Source of the DNA: Epithemia pelagica
Taxonomy: Eukaryota; Protista; Bacillariophyta
NCBI GenBank assembly: GCA_946965045.2
Contig: OX337230.1
Location: 3,472,001 to 3,536,000 of the forward strand
Direction of reading: 5' to 3'
DNA: 64,000 bases
Below, piece after piece: positions 45,404-56,118 of this stretch. Below the pieces are notes generated by a model. That model did not search any database and was not told where the DNA came from. It saw only the letters and a program-made list of their open reading frames with translations. The position numbers were made by a program, and so were the translations under genes. How positions within the stretch are numbered: the stretch's first letter is position 1; each line of letters opens with the position of its first letter.

Positions 45404-46695
45404 GGTACGTCTCGGGCCGGAAGGGAAGGACTGTCTGTTTCGTTCGTGTGCCGCTGACTCTTGGATTGGGGGACTCTTGTTCGAAGAATGCCGTGAAACA
45501 ATCACACCTCAGAGTTGTGTGGTGTGGGGACAGCAGTTAGGGTCCGAATTCGACTTCCAAGAGAGTGTTGCTTGTCGCCACCACGGAGAGGATCCAATGG
45601 AATGACTGTTTCGTTCGTTTGCCATTCTTGACTATTGGATTGTTTTTTCCTTGGAAAACTTTTCCACTAAAAAAACCTGCCTCCAGACACCACAACCACA
45701 TCTCATTTGCAGAGTTCCAGGACTGTGAATCCCATTGTCACCATTGTAGGAATGAACAAATTTTTCTTGGGCAAACACAGATACAGATGTGGTCCAGAGT
45801 CACTATTTTGATTGCCAGTCCTCATTCCAATTCGACGAGCCTGTGGACATTGCAACTAGTGGGGGCATGCCGTAGTCCGTAGTAGCAGTAGTAGTCATGC
45901 CGTGTATCCGAGACGGTACTCCCTAGGATGCCCCATCATCACCTTTCGTACAGTTCCTGTTGTTTGGTGAATGTTCCTCTTGTTGTGTGCCTATTAGTTC
46001 TTGTTGTCCAGATTCCGTTCCTGGGCTGGCTCGGTCTGGTGTCCTGCAATCCTGGTAGGAAATCATACTAAAGGGGTTCTCTTCTCTTATTCTCGATTCT
46101 TGCGCTCGAGCAGTGACCCAAACGACAGGGGATTCTTTCAGTCGATCGTCTGTAGAGATCCCTGCTGTCTGTTGCTGTCGGTTTCGGGAAAGGGGTTTGC
46201 CGAGATGTAACTGGGTTTGCCGAGATAACTTTCCAGATTTTTGAATTAATTGTGAGGACACCATTCCAGTTCGAGACTCAATCATTCGTCGGCATCCGAG
46301 ATGTTTGTGTAGTGCCCTCAGTCGTGGCTGCCGTTGAAGCGTGAACGAAACCATTCTTACTTCAAAGGAGATTGGGTAGGGACGGTAGAATTGCCCCTAT
46401 AAGTGATCCAGTCACTCTTGGTGTCCCACAGGGTGGGCCTGGTTTGTCCACCGACAAAAACCGACAAGATAAAAACAAACCCAGTTCTTGCTTCTTGCTC
46501 CTCACAATGGTTTCAGTTTGTCGACGCAACACAATCCGAACCACTTCTCATATCATTATCACCACTTTGTTGTGGCACACAAACACAGATATACACACTC
46601 AAAAGACACCACAAGCAAGACACCACAGGTAAGCAAAAGCAAAAGCAAAACCAACACAGCAAATACTCCTCTCTCTTTCGAATACAACAGTCAGC

Positions 46696-47694
46696 ATGGT
46701 ACGAGTGGAGACATCCTCTCTGTTTCGTCGGCTCTTTGTGCCGGATGATTCCAAGCAGCAGTCTTCTTCCCAAACTACCAAGTGGCGTGATTCTTCTCCG
46801 CATGGAACAACAACAACAACAACGATTACTTCGTGGGACGATTCCCTGAGTTCCTTTATCGAAGTCTATCTTCCTTTCAAAGAAAACGAACCAGAAGAAC
46901 CAATCCTCCCCGACAATGAATCACCCCGAGACTGCACTAGCAACAATGGCAACCATAATATAGTCGAATGTGGCGTTTCCAGAAACAAGAGGGTGCGATT
47001 TGTCCCCGACTCTCAAAACTGTTGGTACGACGACGACTCGAGTCTTTATGATAGTGACAAGAATGATGATGATGATGATGATACAAGCATGACTTGTGGT
47101 TGTTGTTGATACACGGACGAGGAATACAAGCAAATGAAGGCTGCCATTCCCCACATGCGGAAACAAATTGCATGGCTGGAACAAGAGGAAGAAAAGCATT
47201 ATCACTACATGTTCTCAAAACAAGAACCAGCATATGGCACCAAGAGAGGCGACATGATGCTACAACAAACAGAAGGGTACATGTCCTTTGCCGATACCTT
47301 GTCCTGGTTGTTTCAGGAAACCAGTCAGGTGTCCCATGTCTTGTGGAATGCCCAACACTTGCTGCACTCCCATTTTTCCACGGACAGTACTAGTAGTAGT
47401 AGTAGTGTTTCGCATCGCCTGTCTCGCTTGTACATGGGATGCAAACTCGACTGGATTGGCTTGGAATATCATTGCGGTAGTCCAACAGTGCGACACGAAA
47501 CCAAGGCCCGTCGCGAGGCCTTGTGGGAAGTCGTTTCCGACATTCAATCGGAATACGAACAAGGCTTGTGGACGGTCGAAGGACGCAATGAGGAATTGGC
47601 CGACTCGTGTCGTCAACTTTCGCAACCCCATGCTTTGTACGCGCAATTGATTGCTCACGCGCAACGTCAAGCTTCGGCCGTGTTTGACGAGTAA
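46696..47694 (+). CDS. Diatom-type hypothetical protein with one in-frame TGA (47107-47109)
   Basis: ORFs 46696..47109 and 47134..47694 share a frame: KRVRF...CC*YTDEEYKQMK...GLEYH...RREAL...DIQ. Trp is expected at the stop. Confidence 0.6.
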
Positions 47695-48244
47695 AACCGA
47701 ATCATCATGACGACAACACAGGAGACTGACTGGCAGAAACTGGCAAACAGCAGGGCGTGACTGTGATCGTGGGACCCTAGCGAGAACCAGAGGACGAGGG
47801 ATCGAATTCGAATGACAACGACCACCACCCCAAGACAGTTTGGCCTTGCGGGAAGCGCCCAAGTGCATCAAGCCCGGTCCGTGGACTACAAAGTTTGTTG
47901 GCTACGGATGGCGATGCGAAGAGGACTTTCTTTGTTCCTCAAACTATCACCAGTCCAGACCACGCTAAATAACGGCACCACACTGGGTCTGAGCACCTCT
48001 GATGGTGCTCTCGTTTGGAACGCGAAGCCTTGGCACGATGCATCATGTGGGATTTGAGGAGCGTGTCCGTTCCATTCCATTGAAGAGTATGTGTGATGGA
48101 TGTCGATCGGTCGAATGTGATGTACCATGTGGGAACGACCCAAAAGGCAGTACAAATTTTCTGATTCTTTGGAAACGAATGAATGAAAACGGACGAAACA
48201 CGTGTGTGTGATTCGTTGGAGTAAGATCTGTTTCATGGTGTATC

Positions 48245-49468
48245 ATGGGAGTCTTTCTCGCAATCACCGCCCGCAAGATGACACAAAATACCGTGGCATC
48301 GCTGGGAAAAGGATTTTTTACCTGTTCCAAATCCACAATGGATATCCACGAACAAGCGTTCTTGTCTGGATTGGTTTTTACCCATGACCAAGACAAAATA
48401 GAACCGCAATGGAGGCCACAGACTAGGCCTCCCAGTGAGAGAGGGTGCCGTTCCTACCATGCGTCGGTTGTTGTGAAGTATCCAGACACGACCCGCGACG
48501 AGAATGTGGTGATAACGGGAGGTTATACAAGAGGCTTTATGAGTGAAACAAAGTGGACCATTGTCTTCAACGTTGGTAGTGGAGAGTGGCAACACGGACC
48601 TTGTATGCAAGAATATCGATATCGTCACGCATCTGTGGTATGCAATGGTGCTATTTACGCCATTGGCGGGCGCGGGGACTTCATTTCTAATGATAGCATT
48701 GAACGTATCAATATCAGGGATTTGCTTGGTCCCTCATCTTCCAGCAACGAAACGGATGGATGGACGATGTTGACGTGTCGTTTGACTACCGGACGGGAAG
48801 GGTGTGCCGCTGCTGTTGTACGTGACAGATTTATTGTTGTGGCGGGGGGATGGAATGGAAGCGATACTGTATCATCAGTGGATATCATCGACACACTATC
48901 CGGAAATCCATGTTCGGTCATAGCTGGACCATTGTTGAAAGTAGCTCGAAGCATGTTTGGAATGGGTGTGGTTGGTGAATGCTTATATGTTGTTGGTGGG
49001 AAAGTTGGCACGGAATTTGATACGGAAGATCGTGTGACGAAGTCAGTCGAATACCTGGAGTTTGATGGCTTGTTGGACAATACAGCGAGTAGTGCAACAA
49101 CTGTTTTCCCTTTTTCCAAATCGTGGACGGTTCATAGCGATCTCAGTCTGAACACTCCTCGTAAGCTACATGCTGTAGTCCAAGTGGGCTCCTGTCTTGT
49201 TGTTGCAGGAGGATTGACGAACGGCAATGACCCCTTACGTTCTGTGGAAGTTTTAGATACTTTGAAAAGTATTGTTTGGAAGCTTCCTCAGTTGAGACAT
49301 GGGCGGTCTGAAAAGGGGAGAGATGGTTGTAGCATGGTTTACTTGTCGAGGGGTGCCACTCTGATTGATCCGTGTGATCCGTTAGATTTGTGGCAAACAC
49401 TTTCTCTTGGGGACAAGAACAGTTGGCTGTTTGCTCGTTTGTTGGCGTCTGTCAAAGTTCCCATCTGA
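48245..49468 (+). CDS. Kelch-repeat protein
   Basis: Repeated R..HASV...GG...S.E...W Kelch units (IYAIGG, IVVAGG, LYVVGG, LVVAGG). Confidence 0.9.
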   Translation: MGVFLAITARKMTQNTVASLGKGFFTCSKSTMDIHEQAFLSGLVFTHDQDKIEPQWRPQTRPPSERGCRSYHASVVVKYPDTTRDENVVITGGYTRGFMSETKWTIVFNVGSGEWQHGPCMQEYRYRHASVVCNGAIYAIGGRGDFISNDSIERINIRDLLGPSSSSNETDGWTMLTCRLTTGREGCAAAVVRDRFIVVAGGWNGSDTVSSVDIIDTLSGNPCSVIAGPLLKVARSMFGMGVVGECLYVVGGKVGTEFDTEDRVTKSVEYLEFDGLLDNTASSATTVFPFSKSWTVHSDLSLNTPRKLHAVVQVGSCLVVAGGLTNGNDPLRSVEVLDTLKSIVWKLPQLRHGRSEKGRDGCSMVYLSRGATLIDPCDPLDLWQTLSLGDKNSWLFARLLASVKVPI

Positions 49469-50209
49469 CAAGACTTAACGACTCGAATCAAAACTCCCCA
49501 TAGTCTGTCAAAGGATTGGGATCCCAGCAAACTTTACGAACAGTTCAGACTTATAACAACTATCTCATACTGTTGTTTCTTGGGTCGTTTCGTATGTGGT
49601 GGAGGAAGCTGTTGTGGATGTCAATGATTCTTGCTACTCGGCACATCCCCCAAACGTCCACCCTGGGTGGGTGCGGGGTGAGAGAGGAGTAAGATGATTT
49701 TCATCTGTATAGTGTGCCAGTAGACTCCTTTCTCGTATGAAGTTGCTTTCGAGATAAGCATTAATTGTCACTTGTGTGTTCTATAGTGCTCTATTGGAAG
49801 CGGTGATTCGGTTGTCGTAGAAAGGGGTCGTCGTCGTAGGAAAACGAGTCGTCCTCTCTGGTTTCGATTTTCATCGATTGTCTTGCTGTGGCACCTCCTA
49901 TCCAGCACCGCTCGACGGAGTAGCACCAAGAAGACAATGTTTGAGTTTCATGAATTTGTGTGTCTCCCGTGAAAACCGTGTCCCAAAGTGTCTGTCTCCA
50001 GTCCAATATCGAGCGCCGATCGTTCTCTCGTCGTTGTTGTTGTTGTTGTTGGATCATTCATGGTCTCGTGTGAAAGAGACCAAACGGTGCGCTATCCTCT
50101 TGTTGGGTCATGCTGTGCCATATCCCAGTGTCGTGTTCGTGTGTGTCCCCCGGTTGTTGTTACCGGCCCAATAGGCCGCGCACCTTGCGATGGCCCGCGG
50201 CCCTCCAAG

Positions 50210-51955
50210 TTACCGAGGGACAAGGGTACACAGTAGGAAATCGCCCGCCACTTGCCACAATCCCAGTGCCGACGCTCCCAAAAAGAATTCCAACGATCCT
50301 CCAATGGCCGCCAAGAGTTGCGCCGTTGTCATGGCGGGAGATTCCGTCCACAATTCATATTCCAAGGCGGCGAAATTGACCGTCACTTCCATAAAATTTT
50401 GCGCATAATACTCCTTGGCTTGAGTCACTTGTCCGTTCGTAATGTTGGGATTTTGTTCCATGCTGCGAAACACGGTATCAGCATAGACCACATCCGAGAC
50501 TTGCGCATGATATTGTGTTTCGAAACAGGGTGGTCCTTGACAGGCAGCATGACATATGGCATGCTGGGACGGCAAACTGCCAGTGTCATGTCGTCTTGAC
50601 AGTACCTCCTGGACACAGGCTTGATTAACTGCACCACACAGCGGCAAGGAGGATGGATTGTTGGGTGGTTTGGTACTCATCCACGGATCTGTGCTGAATG
50701 CATCGACAAGGTCCTGGTCCTTCATGGTATCGCTCTGGTTGTTGTTGTTGCTGCTGTCGATATCTCCCCAAGCTCGACAGTGACACTCGCTTCGAATCGT
50801 CTGATACCGGCATTACCATTGACACGCACCTTGTGTCAATGTCGACGATGAATCATTCTTGTCATTCTCAATACGACAATGTCGCCAGGGATCTGTCGTT
50901 TCCCGAATCCACGTGGTTTGTGTCAAGCCCACCACGGCACCTTTTCCGGGAGCAACCGTGACAAAGGGGAGACCGTCATAAATAGGCATGCCGCCATGAG
51001 ATGATGGTTGTTGTTGTTGTTGTTGCACATAGACGCGAATGCCCGCCGCCCGGATTCCGTCGTGCACAACATGGGCATCGGATTGATTCAAATGGACATA
51101 AAATTCCAAACCTCCAAAAAATCCCGTCCGCAAGACGCGTTCCGAGGTGGTAAACATCCAACAAATGCCATGCGGTGTCATGCGAGGACGCCAGGCTTGA
51201 TAGAATTGCGTTTCATTCAAGGTTTTGTCATTAAAGGTGGTGAAAAAGAAAAAGTCGGTCAACCGAGGTGACACTTGAACAAGTTCCCATTCCGATGTGG
51301 CTTCCCACGTGTCTCGAGTCATGTTATTAACGTCGTTGTCGTTGCTCGAATTGGCCGATAGCCGTTCCAAATATTCAGTGCGTCGCCATTTGGATTGCGT
51401 GTGCCAATTGCAGACTGTGACTTGCGGAAATTCGAGGGAGGATGGTGGAACAACGGTTTCCCGATCCTTGACAATGGCATAGGTTCGGTATTCCCGAATA
51501 AGAGCCATCATTTGCCAAGTCATGACACCAGCCGAGGCCAACACCAAGAACAATCATAGGGCTCGTTTCCATCGTTTCCACTGTTGTGCATTGACAATTT
51601 CTGGAATGCCATGCAAGGTCGTTTCGTGTTGTCACCATTCCTGCCATACCTCACGGAGCGAAACTTCTTCTTCTTGTTGTTGTTCGTCTTCGTTTGGGTC
51701 ATTCACAAACATTGTCGTTGTTGTAGAAGAACGATTCATAGCGTGGATCCCTGGGTCCTTGTCCTGGTGGGGGTGGTCCTCATTATTTGTTCTCGTCGTC
51801 ATCATCAAGGGTGATGCCTCTTCTTCCACATCCCAATCGTCATCCTTGTGGGAAGGACGTTGCTGGTGCTTGTCGTTCTTGGTGCTGGATCCGTCGGAAT
51901 CCACTTGCGATTGTTGCATGGCGTCCCTTTGTGCCATCGCCATCGCCATCACCAT
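50210..51955 (-). pseudogene. DEG/ENaC copy 4, pseudogene
   Basis: One frame with three in-frame stops (EW*QHETTLHG, RAL*LFLV, CQW*CRYQ); FPQVTVCN; thumb cysteines; TM2 QLLAAIGGSLEFFLGAS; further stop or frameshift after TM2. Confidence 0.88.
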
Positions 51956-52342
51956 AATAATAATATGCTTTCTGGTTGTTTGCGTGGAGTGGTTTGAAGA
52001 TTCTCTCCTCTCTAATTATTCTTAGGAAACCAATCTCGTATCCTTCGAATCGTTGGGTGCTGGTACAACGGTCCCTCGCACAAGGTCTATGCACAGAGAC
52101 AAACAACAGAACAGTGCATCGACATACTCGTACATTCCTCTCTTCTCCCTCGTTGTTGCTTCTGTGTTGTCGAGATGCGGATTGAGGCGATCGAATCTAC
52201 ACAAAGGTTACGGTTTACAATAGCGGTTATAAACGGTAGTTAACGTCAATATAACGTTGGTTTCTCCAAAAGAACCCGGTTTTACGCTGGAATGGTGTGA
52301 CGCATCGCCTCCCAAGAACGCAGCAACACAGGGACGACGACC

Positions 52343-54003
52343 ATGGCGGCGTCGGAACCGGATGCGGCATCCACCACCAACCATCTGGACGACAACAACG
52401 ACGACAACACTTTATCCTCTCTCAAACAAGATGAACAACCACCACCAAACTCCAAGGATTCACCACTGCATCCAAAAGATGAGGAACAAGGCGATACACG
52501 AGTGAAAGAGTCCCAACGAATCCAACAAACAGCACAAGAGGGATTATCCAACAAGCAGAATGATCCCTTACCGGACAATAACGATGAGAACAAGAGTGAC
52601 CAGGAATCGTCCTATCGTGCCACGACGGATGACGACGAACCGCACCACGACGAGGATTACGATGATGATGAACACGCTCCGTTATTTCGAGTGGTTCAAG
52701 AATGGGGTGAATCTTCCACGGTCCATGGGATGAATGTCATTTGCGATTCGCATCATGTGTGGACCATCTGGAAACGTCTGCTTTGGTTCTTCTTGGTGAT
52801 TGCATCGGCCAGTGTCATGGTCTGGCAAATGACGGCCTTGATTCGCGAATATCGGGAGTATGCCGTCGTGACGGAAACCCAAACCATTCTCGATGATACC
52901 TTAGAATTTCCCGAAATTACCATTTGCAACATTAATGAATATTCACAAGCGGCGAGTCGCATCGTGGCACAAGAACAACAACAGGATGACGACTGGATCT
53001 TGCCTCGGACGACTCCTCAACTCGAACGCATGGCACAACCCTTGGAGGAATTTGTCCAAACCACCTCGTTTCAACAACAAGTGATTGACAAACAAGACTT
53101 TGCGCAAGTGTGGAAACGAAGGATTACCGATTTTGGGTCCTGTTGGGCCTTTGCGCCACCCCCCTCGGAACCACGGTCCGGTTCGTCGTCGTCTTTGTCG
53201 ACAACGCCTCGCACCAGCACCAGTGGATTGGAATTTTCCGTCTATTTGAATCAATCCGATTATACCAGTCGGACGGAATTTGCCGGCATTCTCCTTGTAG
53301 CCCAGCTACCGGGCACGTTGGTGCACGAATTTTTACCCTTTGTCGTGGTTCCGCCCGGCACGGTGGCATGGATTGCCCTCGAGGCCACGCAAATGGTACG
53401 AGAACGCGAACCCCCCTGGTCTCAGTGTCATTCACAGGCGCCCGAGTATACCCAGGCCCAGTGCCGCGCCCAATGTTTCATGCCTCCTTTCGGCGCGACT
53501 GTCACTGTCGCTATTGGGGCGACCCCGTGACCAATGACAAGGATGACGCCGAGCTGCCCTATTGTACGACCAATCAAGATCAATTGTGTATGGAAGGCAT
53601 TTGGGATCGAGAACAAGATCTCGTCCAACAATCGTGTGCCTGCGAATTACCGCCCTGTCAAGATACGCAATATCACATGTCCGTTTCGGATTTGGTCTTG
53701 GCGGCCACCACCAAAGCACCACACGCGTTGCCAAATGCCACCACCACCACAAGTACCGACGATGGGGCCCGCAATCTCGTGTCGGTGCGGATTCCATGGG
53801 GATCCACCCCAGTGACCCGTTTGGTGGAACAAAAGGCGGTCACCTTTGCCGAATTGCTCGGTTCCATTGGAGGTTCCATGGGTTTGTTTTTGGGCATTTC
53901 GGCCTTGAGCATGTTTGAAATTTTTGGCGACTTGTGTCTGTTGCGACTGTTGCCCCGTTTGTGTGGATATCGTCATGTCCGGGGATGGGGTGCGGCCGCG
54001 TAA
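52343..54003 (+). pseudogene. DEG/ENaC copy 5, with a single 1-nt frameshift near 53478 (recent lesion or assembly error)
   Basis: EWGESSTVHG, FPEITICNIN and ELLGSIGGSMGLFLGISALS. Adding one A (TTC[A]ATGCC) gives CFNASFRRDCHC, matching copies 1 and 3. Confidence 0.8.
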
Positions 54004-54846
54004 GGACTATATATAGAGAGAGAGATGAATGGAGGGAGTCTGGGAGATGCTTGTCTCTCACAGGCCACAGCCGGGAAGCAGCGCGTCCTCCATCGTTGGC
54101 TGGTTGTACTCCTCTCTCTGTCCCACCAACCAACCAGAGGATTGGCATTACCACACACCCGGACAATCCTGGGTGTCGTTTGAACTGGAGCTCTCTCATT
54201 CCTGTGGAACGAGAATCGCACCGGTAGGGCCATATGGACAGACAAGGGCGAAATGCATTCACAGCCAACCGTTTCCTCTCCTCGGTTGGAATGCACAGTC
54301 CGTGTGGGAAAGAGCTGCGCACAAGAGAGCTGTGTCCCACCACCCACACGGAACGTTGTATTCCGTCGCCGCATCGAGTTCAACTGGGCCTGGGATCGAT
54401 GATAGACTTGGACCTTCGAAGTAGACATCCAAAAACAAAACCAGCACCTCCTGGTCGATCGAACGAGCGTGCAAGACGACGATGGATCTAGATGGTCCGG
54501 AAGGAAACCGTGGTGTCGGATTCCATCCATCATCGAATTTGTTCCGGATGTGGATTGCGTGTCCACGCCTACAGTTACAGTACCGTAGGATGACAGCATA
54601 CACATCTATAGATAGCGTTGATAGTTTTGGATAGGATCCACGTTTCGGTTTCGCGCGCACCCGCCAAACGTTCAGTCGCGCTCCATCGGGTGGTTTTTCG
54701 GTCGGGTTTTGTGGTGGCGTTTTGTTGCTGGGATGAGAGAAACTGCAGATTGCACCAAAGATCAGAGCACATAAATTGAAGAGGAGGATTCACGTCAACA
54801 CCACCACCAGCAGAACTACCGAGGCACTACCGACGGATTGGATACC

Positions 54847-55738
54847 ATGGCTGACAACGAGACCAACAACAACGACACTCCTACGACCACCGAGCCCTTG
54901 GCCGACGAGGCAGACAATGCCGAAGCTCCTCCCGCAGCTTCTCTATCGACGAAACGCAAGGCCTCGGAAGAGTCCGACAATCGTTTGGTGACTTTGGAAA
55001 GTTATGATGGACAACAATTCCAATTGCCCTGGAAGGCGGCCCGTCAAAGTGGCATGATCCGGACGGCCTTGTGCGGAGACGACGACGAAGAAGAAGAAAC
55101 AGAGGAGGAGAATGAGGCAGTGAAGACGTCCTTGGAACAACAAACGGTTCCTATTCAAAAGGTGATGGGACCTACTTTGGAAAAGGTTGTCGAGTTTCTG
55201 ATCCATTTGGAACAAGAACACTTCAAGTCTATCCCTCTTCCCTTGCCTGGGATTAGCTTTGATGAGGTACGTATGGGAATGCGTGTTGGAGTTGTCGTGG
55301 CAACAGGAAGCGACGGACGCTGTTGGATGGGGTTTTGAAGTGAACCGTCTTCTCACTGACGCGTGCTCTTGTGTGTGTTTGCTACAGTGTATGACCCAAG
55401 AATGGTACCGCAATTTCGTCAATGAGGGCGTTGCCGAGTCCGAAATGGCCTTTGGTCTCTTGGAGGCTGGGCACTATATGGACATTCGTCCCTTGATTGA
55501 ACTCATGTGCCTCCGAATCACCTTTGTCGAATTTGCCGATCGATCCTGGGAAGAAGTAAGTGCCGAATCCACGGTTGGACCCCACCACGCGTTGCGGGTG
55601 TTGTGTTCTCACGCCTTTTTTTCATTCCAGCTCCAGGCCATGTTTAACAATGAAGCTCCACCATCCGCCGCAGCATCCACCAACGAGGAAGCCGCTGCAG
55701 CTGCGGCGCCCGCTGTCGAAGCCGGCGGAGACAACTAG
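54847..55738 (+). CDS. SKP1-like protein (3 exons)
   Basis: VTLES.DG..F...AARQS.MI, TLEKVVEFL and LLEAGHYMDIRPLIELMC. Introns 55267-55387 and 55556-55630 (GT-AG) keep the frame. Confidence 0.85.
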
Positions 55739-56118
55739 AGTGTCTTGTTTTTACAACATAAGATGGTGAAGGGGGCTCCATCGGTACCGGCATCTCATGC
55801 TTTTTTTCCAACAAGTATCCAATCCAGATATTGGTCTCTACCGCAACCTGTTTATCAAACTCCTCCGGCCTGTCAAAGTGATGCTTTTGATGCAACCATT
55901 GTGTTACAATAGAATTAGCCTGAATAAAGATAAAGTTGCATTCATTCACACTTGTTTCATGTCCTATTCGACTAAGGGCTAGCCCTTACATCGGTTCACC
56001 AGTATGTTGGTTCACCAGTATGTTTGGTGGATGAGGATACGTCGTTGGAGCTGCCGAGATTCCTCGGTAGCAATAATGAGTGTTCATCCTCTTATGGAAA
56101 CGCGTTGTTGCTCTATTC

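Noticed and set aside
49791-50057. Gln-rich 88-aa minus ORF as a separate gene or an ENaC tail
   Set aside because: No recognisable motif, and no clean frame or splice link to copy 4 could be established.
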